The translations under genes were made by a program, and so were the position numbers. Below are positions 18,245-26,543 of a DNA stretch of 64,000 nucleotides, piece by piece. Source of the DNA: Candidatus Krumholzibacteriota bacterium (lineage in GTDB: Bacteria > Krumholzibacteriota > Krumholzibacteriia > LZORAL124-64-63); NCBI GenBank assembly GCA_022711765.1, contig JAKLEB010000002.1:1120620-1184619 (forward strand), given 5' to 3'. The notes under the pieces were generated by a model that made no database searches, was not told the origin of the DNA, and saw only the letters and a program-made list of their open reading frames with translations. Each line of letters begins with the position of its first letter. The first letter of the stretch is position 1.

Positions 18245-20611
18245 CTACCGCGACATCGAGTACGGCGCCGCCGCGTCGCCTGTCGCCCGCCCCCGATCCG
18301 CCTCCGCACCCATCACGAACCGCAACGTTCCGCCCCGCGCGACCTCCTCGTGCGTGATCCAGTTCCGCTCGAGCGCGACGCCATTCAACGAGACTTCCCG
18401 CACGTACATGTTCGCCGCCCCCTGGTTCTCCGCGACCACCGTGAACGTCCGCCCGCCCGGAAGCGCGATCTCCGCCCGCCGCACGCACGGGCTGCCGAGC
18501 ACGTACTGGTCGCTCCCCGGCGCCACGGGGTAGAAGCCGAGTGCGCTGAAGATGTACCACGCCGACATCTGCCCGCAGTCGTCGTTGCCGCATAGCCCGT
18601 CCGGCGCCGGCCGGTACATCGTGTCCAGGATCTCGCGCACCCGCGCCTGCGTCCGCCACGGCCGCTCGATGAACGCGTCGAGGTACGGCACGTGGTGGCT
18701 CGGCTCGTTGCCGTGGACGTAGTTGCCGATCATCCCCGCGCGCGTGATGTCCTCGTTCGCGGCGAAGGTCTCGTCCGCGACCTGCATCACGAACAGCGTG
18801 TCGAGCCAGGCGGCGAGGCGCTCGCGGCCGCCGATCAGCTCTGCGAAGCCGGCCACATCGTGCGGCACATACAGCGAGTAGTTCCAGGCGTTGCCCTCGA
18901 TGTAGCCCTGGCCGTGCGTGTCGAGCGGATCGAACCCCGCGGGGAACGACCCGTCGGCGTTGCGCGCGCGCAGGAAGCCGCTCGACGGATCCCACAGCGC
19001 GCGCCACGACCCGGCGCGGCGATCGTACTCCGCCGCCACGTCGGCGCGCCCCAGCGACTCCGCCATCCGCGCGATCGTCCAGTCGTCGAACGCGTACTCG
19101 AGGGTCTGCGAGGCCGCGTAGCGGCTGCTGTCGGCCGGCACCCAGCCGAGGCGGCGGTACGCGCCGAGGCCGTCGTAGCGGTCGTAGGTGGCGCTCGCCA
19201 GCATCGCGTCGAGCGCCTCCGCGGGGTCGAAGCCGCGCACGCCCTTGACCCAGGCGTCCGCGATCACCGGCACCGCGTGGTAGCCGATCATGCACCAGTT
19301 CTCGGCGCCGTGATGGGACCACACCGGCAGGATGCCGTGCACGCTCTCGCGCCGGTGGGCGAGCATCGACTGCACGAAGTCGCCCGTGCGGGCCGGTTGC
19401 AGGAGCGTGAGCAACGGGTGCAACGCGCGGTAGGTGTCCCACAGCGAGAAGATCGTGTGGTTCGTATAGCCCTCGGCGCGGTGCACGTTCTGGTCGAGGC
19501 CGCGGTACTGGCCATCGACATCGCTCCAGACGACCGGGCCCAGGTGACAGTGGTAGAGCGCGGTGTAGAAGTTGACGAGGCCCGCGGGGTCGGCCTCGAC
19601 CACGATCGCGCCGAGCGCCCGGTCCCAGGCCGCGGCGGTCCGCCGGCGCGCGCCGTCGAAGTCCCAGCCGGGGGCCTCGGCGGCGAGGTTCGCGAGCGCG
19701 CCCGCCGTGCTCGTGCCAGAGAGCGCTACCTTCACGAGGATCTGCTCGCCGGCCTCGGTCGCGAAGTCGAAATGGCATTTCACGCGCCGGCCGGCGCGCT
19801 CCGGGAATCCGCGGTCCTCGTCGAACTTGCGCCAGAAGCCGCGGTAGACGATCGGCTCCTCGTTGCGTAGGCCGAAGGACGCAACCGGCTTGCTGAACGC
19901 GATCGCGAAGTAGAGCGTGCGCGTCCGCGCCCAGCCGCTCGTCTGCCGCGAGCCGGTGAGCAACGTGTCGTTCTCCATGCGCACGTACGACCACACGGTC
20001 TTGCCGGGGTAGTCGTAGATGTTCGACGTGAGGTCGAGGATCAGGTGAGCCTCGTCGGTGGCCGGGAACGTGTAGCGGTGCAGGCCGACCCGCTCGGTCG
20101 CCGTCAGCTCGGCCTCGATGTCGTGGTCGAGCAGCGTGACGCGATAGTAGCCGGGACTCGCCGACTCCTGCGCGTGCGAGAAGCGCGAGCGGTAGCCGAG
20201 GTCGGGCTGCGCGGCGGGGCCCGGTTCGAGCACGAGGTCGCCGATCGTGGGGGCGATGAGCAGGTCGCCGAGGTCGCTGTGGCCGGTGCCGTTGAAGTGG
20301 GTGTGGGCGAACCCCACGATCGTCGAGTCGCCGTACTGGTAGCCGCTGCAGTACCGGTACGCGGCCGCGTTGTAGCCCTCGCCGAGGCTGTAGGGTACGA
20401 TGTCGGTCTCCGGGCTGAGCTGCACGAGCCCGAACGGCGCCGTGGCGCCGGGATACGTGTGGCCCATCTCGGCGGTCCCGATGAACGGATCGACGAGGTC
20501 GCGCGGCGCCGGCGCCGGCTCCTCGGCGAACGCGATCGCGGCAGCCAGGCCGAGCGCGGTGATGAGCGAGGAACGTCCACCCCGGCGCCGACCGTTCGCG
20601 GGTCCGTGCAT
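18245..20611 (-). CDS. GH92 family alpha-1,2-mannosidase (secreted)
   Basis: ORF in the track, 788 aa. Signal peptide. GH92 hallmark GNEPSHHVPYL. Confidence 0.85.
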   Translation of the reverse strand: MHGPANGRRRGGRSSLITALGLAAAIAFAEEPAPAPRDLVDPFIGTAEMGHTYPGATAPFGLVQLSPETDIVPYSLGEGYNAAAYRYCSGYQYGDSTIVGFAHTHFNGTGHSDLGDLLIAPTIGDLVLEPGPAAQPDLGYRSRFSHAQESASPGYYRVTLLDHDIEAELTATERVGLHRYTFPATDEAHLILDLTSNIYDYPGKTVWSYVRMENDTLLTGSRQTSGWARTRTLYFAIAFSKPVASFGLRNEEPIVYRGFWRKFDEDRGFPERAGRRVKCHFDFATEAGEQILVKVALSGTSTAGALANLAAEAPGWDFDGARRRTAAAWDRALGAIVVEADPAGLVNFYTALYHCHLGPVVWSDVDGQYRGLDQNVHRAEGYTNHTIFSLWDTYRALHPLLTLLQPARTGDFVQSMLAHRRESVHGILPVWSHHGAENWCMIGYHAVPVIADAWVKGVRGFDPAEALDAMLASATYDRYDGLGAYRRLGWVPADSSRYAASQTLEYAFDDWTIARMAESLGRADVAAEYDRRAGSWRALWDPSSGFLRARNADGSFPAGFDPLDTHGQGYIEGNAWNYSLYVPHDVAGFAELIGGRERLAAWLDTLFVMQVADETFAANEDITRAGMIGNYVHGNEPSHHVPYLDAFIERPWRTQARVREILDTMYRPAPDGLCGNDDCGQMSAWYIFSALGFYPVAPGSDQYVLGSPCVRRAEIALPGGRTFTVVAENQGAANMYVREVSLNGVALERNWITHEEVARGGTLRFVMGAEADRGRATGDAAAPYSMSR

Positions 20612-20690
20612 GTCGCCTCCTGGAGCGGCCGCGCGCGCACGCCGCCGCGAGAGTAGAGGATCGCGCCTCGTGCCCCGGGGGACCGTAGCA

Positions 20691-21833
20691 ATGGAGCGCC
20701 TGCATTACAACGGCCGGGACTATCGCCTCGAGCGCCGGCCGCCGGTGCGCGACCAGGCGCTGCGCGCCTGGGACGCCGCCGACGAGTACCTGCTCGCCGA
20801 GCTGCCGGCGCCGGCCGGCCGCACGCTGCTCGTCAACGACGCGTTCGGCGCCCTCGCCGTGGCCCTGTGCGACCGCCGGCCTGTCCTGTGGAGCGACTCG
20901 CACCTCGCGCGGCTCGCTCTGCGGGACAACCTCGCCCGCAACGGCCTCTCGCCGGACGCGGTCGCCTTCGTGCCGGCCGACGAGGCGCCGGCCGGGCCGT
21001 TCGACGTGGTCGCGGCGAAGTTCCCGAAGTCGCTCGCGTTCTGGGAGGACATGCTGCTGCGCCTGCGGCCGCTCCTGCACGACGGGTCGCAGGTGCTCGC
21101 CGGCGGCATGATCAAGCACACGCCCGCCCGCGCGTATCGCCTGATGGAGACGATCCTGGGCGAGACCCGCACGAGCCTCGGCCGGAAGAAGGCCCGCCTC
21201 GCCGTCGCCCGCCTCGATCCTGACCGCGCCCTGCCCGACCGCCTTGCCGACACGGAGTACCCGCTACCGGGCACGGACCTCACGTTGCGCAATGGGCCGA
21301 ACGTCTTCGCGCGCGAGCACCTGGACGTCGGCACGCGCTGCCTGCTCGCGCACCTGCCGGCCGCCGCGGGCGAGCTGCGCGCCGCCGACCTCGGCTGCGG
21401 CAACGGCGCGGTGAGCCTCGCCCTCGCGGCGCGCAATCCGCGTGCCGAGATCCTCGGCGTCGACGAGTCGTACCAGGCGGTCGCCTGCGCGCGCGCGAAC
21501 GCGGAGCGCGCGGGGCTCGACCCGGCACGGGTCGCGTTCGCGGTCGGCGACGGGCTGGAGGACACGGCGGCCGACTCGCTCGACCTGGTCGTGGTGAACC
21601 CGCCGTTTCACCAGGCGCAGGCCCTCGGCGACGTGGTCGCCTGGTCGATGTTCATGCACGCGCGACGGACCCTGTGCGATGGCGGCCGGCTGCTCGTGGT
21701 CGGCAACCGCCACCTCGGCTACGGCGCGAAGCTCGCGCGGCTCTTCGGCAACTGCCGGACGTTGGCGACAGAGCCGAAGTTCGTGGTGCTCGAGGCGGTG
21801 CGGCGGTTCGGCGAAGGGGCCGACATGCTATAA
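20691..21833 (+). CDS. rlmG: 23S rRNA (guanine-N2)-methyltransferase, RlmG/RsmC family
   Basis: ORF 20400..21833. Start placed at the ATG at 20691 (MERLHYNGRDY). Tandem methyltransferase domains with VVNPPFH and GCGNG motifs. Confidence 0.6.
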   Translation: MERLHYNGRDYRLERRPPVRDQALRAWDAADEYLLAELPAPAGRTLLVNDAFGALAVALCDRRPVLWSDSHLARLALRDNLARNGLSPDAVAFVPADEAPAGPFDVVAAKFPKSLAFWEDMLLRLRPLLHDGSQVLAGGMIKHTPARAYRLMETILGETRTSLGRKKARLAVARLDPDRALPDRLADTEYPLPGTDLTLRNGPNVFAREHLDVGTRCLLAHLPAAAGELRAADLGCGNGAVSLALAARNPRAEILGVDESYQAVACARANAERAGLDPARVAFAVGDGLEDTAADSLDLVVVNPPFHQAQALGDVVAWSMFMHARRTLCDGGRLLVVGNRHLGYGAKLARLFGNCRTLATEPKFVVLEAVRRFGEGADML

Positions 21834-21869
21834 TGGGCGGAAAGCGATTCCACGAGCCGGAGGTCGCCC

Positions 21870-24512
21870 ATGATCCGCCCGTCCCGCCGCCAGCGCCTGG
21901 CCGTCACGGCCGCGATCCTCGCCACCGTCGCGGTCGTCGTGATCCGCGACCGCCTCGTTTCGCCCGAGGGGACGGACGTCTTCGTCCCGCAGGAAGGAAC
22001 GCGGTGGTCGCGCCTGCCCGGCGACGGCAAGCCGGTGCGCGAGCCGAACCAGAGGTTCTTCACCGAGCGCGCCTGGCCGCAGATGTCGATCCCCCTCGAC
22101 GTCTGGCGCGCCGCGCAGCTGCAGGCTCGCGCGCTGGCCGACGACTTCGCCGCGGCTCACGAGCGCGACGTCACGACAGGGTGGGCTCCGCGCGGTCCCA
22201 CCAACGTCGGCGGCCGCATCACGGACCTCGCCGTCGACCCGCGCGACCAGGCCGTGGTCTACGCCGGCGCGGCCGAGGGCGGGCTCATGCGCACGCACGA
22301 CGCCGGCCAGCACTGGGACCTCGTGTTCGACGACCAGCCCTCGCTCGCGGTCGGCGCGGTCGCGCTGGACCCCGTCAACCCGGACATCGTCTACGTCGGC
22401 ACCGGCGAGGTGAACCCTGGCGGCGGCAGCGTGGCGTACGGCGGCACGGGCATCTACCGGTCGCTCGACCAGGGCGACACCTGGACCGGGCTCGGCCTCG
22501 AGAACTGCGGCTCGATCGGCCGCATCGTGATCGATCCGGCCAATCCCGACCGCATCTACGCGGCCGCGATGGGCAATCTCTGGGCGCCGGGGCCCGACCG
22601 CGGCGTCTACCGCAGCACGGACGGCGGCGCGACGTGGGATCTCGCCCTGTACCTCGGCGACACGATCGGCTGCGTCGACCTCGTCATCCGTCCCGACAAC
22701 CCGTGGATCATCCTGGCCGCGATGTGGCAGCGCATCCGCACGCCCGAGCGCTACGACTACGGCGGTCCGGGCTGCTCGATCTGGCGCACCGACGACGGCG
22801 GCAACACCTGGGGACAGGTGACCGGGTCGCTGCCGACGCCACAGGTGAACTCCGGGCGCATCGGGCTCGCGCTCTGTCAGGCCCAGCCCAACCGCATGTA
22901 CGCCGTCTACGCCGACCGCACCGGCTACTTCGCCGGTCTCTTCCGCAGCGACAACGGCGGCGCGAACTGGGCGCCGACCAATGACGACGCGCTCGCCTCG
23001 GTGTTCGCGAGCTACGGCTGGTGGTTCGGCAACGTCCGCTGCCATCCGGACAACCCGGACGTCGTCTTCGTGCTCGGCCTCGAATTCTACCGGTCCACGA
23101 ACGGCGGCGCGAGCTGGTCCTTGGCGAGCAGCGGCGTGCACGTCGATCACCACGCGATGGCCTGGGGCCCCGCGCCGGCCCGTGTCCTCTACGAGGGGAG
23201 CGACGGCGGCGTCTATCGCTCCACGAACGGCGGCACGGTCTGGACGATGTTGCCCGACCAGCCCATCACCCAGGTCTACCGCCTCGGGCTCGATGCGCAG
23301 AACCCCGACGCCATCTACCTCGGCGGCCAGGACATCTCGACCGTGCGCACCCTCACCGGGGCGCTCGACGACTGGACGACGATCCTCGGCGGCGACGGCT
23401 TCCAGCCGCTCGTCCACCCGCTCCTGAGCAGCCGCATCTGGGCGCAGTACCAGTACGGCGCGGTCTACTACTCGAGCAACGGCGGCAGCACGTTCAGCTG
23501 GGCCGGCAACGGCATCGGCAGCGCCGACCGCATCGCCTGGAACGCGCCCCACGCGCAGGACCCGACCATCGCCGACCGCCGCTACTTCGGCACCAACAAG
23601 CTGTACCGCAACAGCGGCCCCACGGGCTGGGCCCCGATCAGCGGCGACCTCACCGGCGGCCCGCATCAGGGCCAGGGCGGGCAGGTCGACGGCACGCTGA
23701 CCACGATCGGCGTGTCCGCGCAGGACCCGGACGTGATCTGGACCGGCAGCGACGACGGCCGCGTCCACGTGACCACCAGCGGCGGCCTCGCCTGGACCGA
23801 CGTCTCGGCCGGCCTGCCCGAGCGCTGGATCACGAGCGTGCGGGCCGATCCCTTCGACCGCGAGACGGCGTACGTGACGGTGAGCGGATTCCGCTGGGAC
23901 GAGCCGCTCCCGCACGTCCTCATGACGGACGACCTCGGCCTGACGTGGTCCCCGATCGCCGGCAACCTGCCCGAGGCGCCGGTCAACGATCTGCTCGCCT
24001 GTCCGGAGCGTCCGGGGCTCCTGTTCGTGGCGACCGACCTCGGCGTGTACCAGACGACCCAGGGCGGGTCGGTCTGGAGCCTCGTGGCCGACGGTCTACC
24101 CAACGTGGTCGTCACCCACCTGGCCTGGAACGCCGCGCGCGACGAGCTCCTCGCCGGCACCTACGGCCGCAGCGTCTACGCGGTGGCGGTAGTCGATCCC
24201 ACGCCCGCGCCCGACCAGGTCGACCTCGCTGCCCTGGGCCGCCTGCGTCCGGCGTTCCCGAATCCCGCGAGCGGCGGCACCATGTTCGCCTGGGACCTCG
24301 CTCGCGGGGGCGAGGTCACGGTCGAGGTCTTCACCGTGAGCGGGCGGCGCGTGTGGCAGGCCGGCGCCGGCGGCCGCGCCGCGGGTCCGGGCTCGCTGTT
24401 CTGGGACGGCCGCGACGGCGGCGGCCGGCCCGCCGCCGCGGGGGTGTACCTCGCGCGCGTCCTGGTCGACGGCCGCGTGCTCGGTCGCGAGACCGTGGTG
24501 CTCGCGAGGTAG
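21870..24512 (+). CDS. Secreted BNR/sortilin-type beta-propeller repeat protein with a T9SS/FlgD-Ig-like C-terminal domain
   Basis: ORF in the track, 880 aa. GGAGG ribosome-binding site. Repeated SxDxGxTW BNR motifs. C-terminus PAFPNPASGG...VEVFTVSGRRV...GVYLARVLVDGRVLGRETVVLAR. Confidence 0.7.
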   Translation: MIRPSRRQRLAVTAAILATVAVVVIRDRLVSPEGTDVFVPQEGTRWSRLPGDGKPVREPNQRFFTERAWPQMSIPLDVWRAAQLQARALADDFAAAHERDVTTGWAPRGPTNVGGRITDLAVDPRDQAVVYAGAAEGGLMRTHDAGQHWDLVFDDQPSLAVGAVALDPVNPDIVYVGTGEVNPGGGSVAYGGTGIYRSLDQGDTWTGLGLENCGSIGRIVIDPANPDRIYAAAMGNLWAPGPDRGVYRSTDGGATWDLALYLGDTIGCVDLVIRPDNPWIILAAMWQRIRTPERYDYGGPGCSIWRTDDGGNTWGQVTGSLPTPQVNSGRIGLALCQAQPNRMYAVYADRTGYFAGLFRSDNGGANWAPTNDDALASVFASYGWWFGNVRCHPDNPDVVFVLGLEFYRSTNGGASWSLASSGVHVDHHAMAWGPAPARVLYEGSDGGVYRSTNGGTVWTMLPDQPITQVYRLGLDAQNPDAIYLGGQDISTVRTLTGALDDWTTILGGDGFQPLVHPLLSSRIWAQYQYGAVYYSSNGGSTFSWAGNGIGSADRIAWNAPHAQDPTIADRRYFGTNKLYRNSGPTGWAPISGDLTGGPHQGQGGQVDGTLTTIGVSAQDPDVIWTGSDDGRVHVTTSGGLAWTDVSAGLPERWITSVRADPFDRETAYVTVSGFRWDEPLPHVLMTDDLGLTWSPIAGNLPEAPVNDLLACPERPGLLFVATDLGVYQTTQGGSVWSLVADGLPNVVVTHLAWNAARDELLAGTYGRSVYAVAVVDPTPAPDQVDLAALGRLRPAFPNPASGGTMFAWDLARGGEVTVEVFTVSGRRVWQAGAGGRAAGPGSLFWDGRDGGGRPAAAGVYLARVLVDGRVLGRETVVLAR

Positions 24513-24525
24513 CCGCGCCGGGCGA

Positions 24526-25032
24526 TCAGCCTCGACGGCCGGCTGCCCGGGCCTCGAGGTCGAGCAGGGTGCGCTTGATCGCGAGTCCGCCTCCGTAGCC
24601 CGTCAGGCTGCCGTCCGCGCCGATCACCCGGTGGCAGGGCAGCACGATCGGCAGGGGGTTGCGGCCGTTGGCGGCGCCGACGGCGCGGACCGCGCGCGGC
24701 CGGCCGACGCGCCGGGCCAGCTCGGCGTAGCTGATCGTCTCGCCGTGCGGGATCGATTGCAGGGCTCGCCAGACGTCGCGCTGGAACGGCGTACCCGCGA
24801 ACGCGAGGGGCAGATCGAACGTGCGGCGCTCGCCCGCGAAGTACTCCGCGAGCTGGGCGGCCGCCGCGGCGAGGATCGACCGCGCCCGCGCCGCCGCCTC
24901 GCCGGTCAGCGAGTCCGCGGGCGCGGGGCCGGCATCGCCGGCGAAGCGGATGTCCGTGAGGCCGTCGGCGGTGGCGGCGAGCAGGAGGGGGCCGACCGGG
25001 CTGTCCACGGTCGCGGTCGAGGTTCCGGTCAT
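24526..25032 (-). CDS. ogt: Methylated-DNA--protein-cysteine methyltransferase
   Basis: C-terminal part of the long track ORF 24526..28737. Real start is the ATG at 25032 (MTGTST...). PCHRVIG active-site motif. ATGA start/stop overlap with the upstream Ada-AlkA gene. Confidence 0.8.
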   Translation of the reverse strand: MTGTSTATVDSPVGPLLLAATADGLTDIRFAGDAGPAPADSLTGEAAARARSILAAAAAQLAEYFAGERRTFDLPLAFAGTPFQRDVWRALQSIPHGETISYAELARRVGRPRAVRAVGAANGRNPLPIVLPCHRVIGADGSLTGYGGGLAIKRTLLDLEARAAGRRG

Positions 25033-26543
25033 GCGGATGCTCCTTTCGAACTGTCCAGGCGCGGCAGCCCGAGCTGCCAGAGCCACAGGGCGGCGTAGCC
25101 TCGCCAGGGTCGCCAGGCTTCGGCCCGCCGCGTGAGGTCGACCGGACGGGGCAGCGCGCCGCCACGCGACCACGCGCGACGCAGCGCGAGGTCGCCCGCG
25201 GGGAACGCGTCCGGTTCCCGGAGCGCGCGGAGGCACACGTACTGCGCGGTCCAGTCGCCGATGCCCGGGATGCGCCGCAGGCGGGCGGCGGCGTCCTCGA
25301 GGCCGCCGGAGGCGTCCAGGAGCGTCCCGTCGGCAGCTATGGCCGCGGCGAGAGCCCGCACGGTGGCGGCCCGCGCGCGCGTCAGTCCGAGCGGCTGCAG
25401 GTCGGCCTCGGCCAGCACCGCCGGCGCCGGGAAGATCCGGTCGGGCCCATCGCCCCCGTCGCCCCCGTCCGCGCCGGTCAATCGCTCGCCGTACGCCGCG
25501 ACGAGCCGGCCGGCCAGCGTCGTCGCGCCCTGGACGGTGACCTGCTGGCCGAGCACCGCGCGGACCGCGAGCTCGAAACGGTCCCAGGCGCCGGGCAGGC
25601 GCAGGCCGGCGCCCCGCCGCGCGAGCCGGGCCAGCCGGCGGTCGCGGGCGAGGCGATCCGCGATCGCCTCGGGGTCCGCGCCGACGTCGAACATCGACCG
25701 CACGCGCTCGGTGACGGCGAGCAGGTGGGGCGTCAGCGCGGTCGGCACGCGGAGCAGCAAGCAGGAGTCCCGCGGGTCGGGCCCGACCTCGATCACGCCG
25801 GCGGCGCCGGCGATGCATACCGCGCGCCGGTACACCGCCGCGGTCACGCGCTCCACTTTGGGCAGCGCGCGCGGCACGAGGTACGCGATGAGCGCGTCCC
25901 AGTCGTAGGGCGGCCGGTACGGCAGGCGCAGGACGTGGTGCCCGTGCGGCGCCGTGCCCGGTTCGTGGCGAAGCCGCCGGCGCAACGCGGTCGGCGTCTC
26001 GTGGAAACTGCGCTGGACGGCGGCGTTGAACCGCCGCACCGAGCCGAAGCCGGCGCTCAGCGCGATCTGCCCGAGCGGCAGGTCCGTCTCCGCGATGAGG
26101 TGACGCGCGAAGTGGACGCGTCGCAGCGAGGCGACAGCGTGCGGCGACGCGCCGAGGTGCTCCGCGAACAGGCGCCGCACGTGGCGGTCGGTCAGCCCGA
26201 GACGATCCGCGAGATCCTCGATGCGGCCGTCGTCGAGCGCGCCCTCGGCGATCAGGCGCAGAGCCCGCGACACGGTGGCCGACGTGCCGAGCCAGGCCGG
26301 GGTGCCGGGCGACGTCTCCGGGCGGCAGCGGCGGCACGGGCGGAAACCCGCCTCCTCGGCGCCCGCCGCGCTCGGGAAGAAGGCACAGTTCTTGCGTTGA
26401 GGAGTCCGCGCCGGGCACACGGGCCGGCAGTAGACGCCCGTGCTGCGCACCCCGGTGAAGAAGCGGCCGTCGAAGCGTGGATCGCGGCTCGCGACCGCTC
26501 GATAGCAGATTTCGTGGTCGAGGCTCATGGCGCCAATATACAC
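25029..26543 (-). CDS. alkA: Ada N-terminal (Zn/AraC HTH) domain fused to DNA-3-methyladenine glycosylase II (Ada-AlkA fusion)
   Basis: ORF in the track, 504 aa. Cys-rich Ada metal-binding region (CRPVCPAR...CRRC), an HTH AraC region, then an AlkA HhH glycosylase domain. An alternative ATG lies at 26528. Confidence 0.7.
   Translation of the reverse strand: MYIGAMSLDHEICYRAVASRDPRFDGRFFTGVRSTGVYCRPVCPARTPQRKNCAFFPSAAGAEEAGFRPCRRCRPETSPGTPAWLGTSATVSRALRLIAEGALDDGRIEDLADRLGLTDRHVRRLFAEHLGASPHAVASLRRVHFARHLIAETDLPLGQIALSAGFGSVRRFNAAVQRSFHETPTALRRRLRHEPGTAPHGHHVLRLPYRPPYDWDALIAYLVPRALPKVERVTAAVYRRAVCIAGAAGVIEVGPDPRDSCLLLRVPTALTPHLLAVTERVRSMFDVGADPEAIADRLARDRRLARLARRGAGLRLPGAWDRFELAVRAVLGQQVTVQGATTLAGRLVAAYGERLTGADGGDGGDGPDRIFPAPAVLAEADLQPLGLTRARAATVRALAAAIAADGTLLDASGGLEDAAARLRRIPGIGDWTAQYVCLRALREPDAFPAGDLALRRAWSRGGALPRPVDLTRRAEAWRPWRGYAALWLWQLGLPRLDSSKGASA

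Noticed and set aside
18177-21119. 980-aa minus-strand ORF overlapping GH92 in another frame, and the similar long ORFs 24526..28737 (5' part), 25725..31241 (5' part), 35176..39297 (5' part), 38605..41619, 43020..46406, 45212..48268, 52029..55169 and 61344..63450
   Set aside because: These are alternative-frame or antisense read-throughs in GC-rich DNA that overlap genes with clear domain signatures. Only their in-frame terminal parts were kept as real genes (ogt, nfeD, the dockerin protein).
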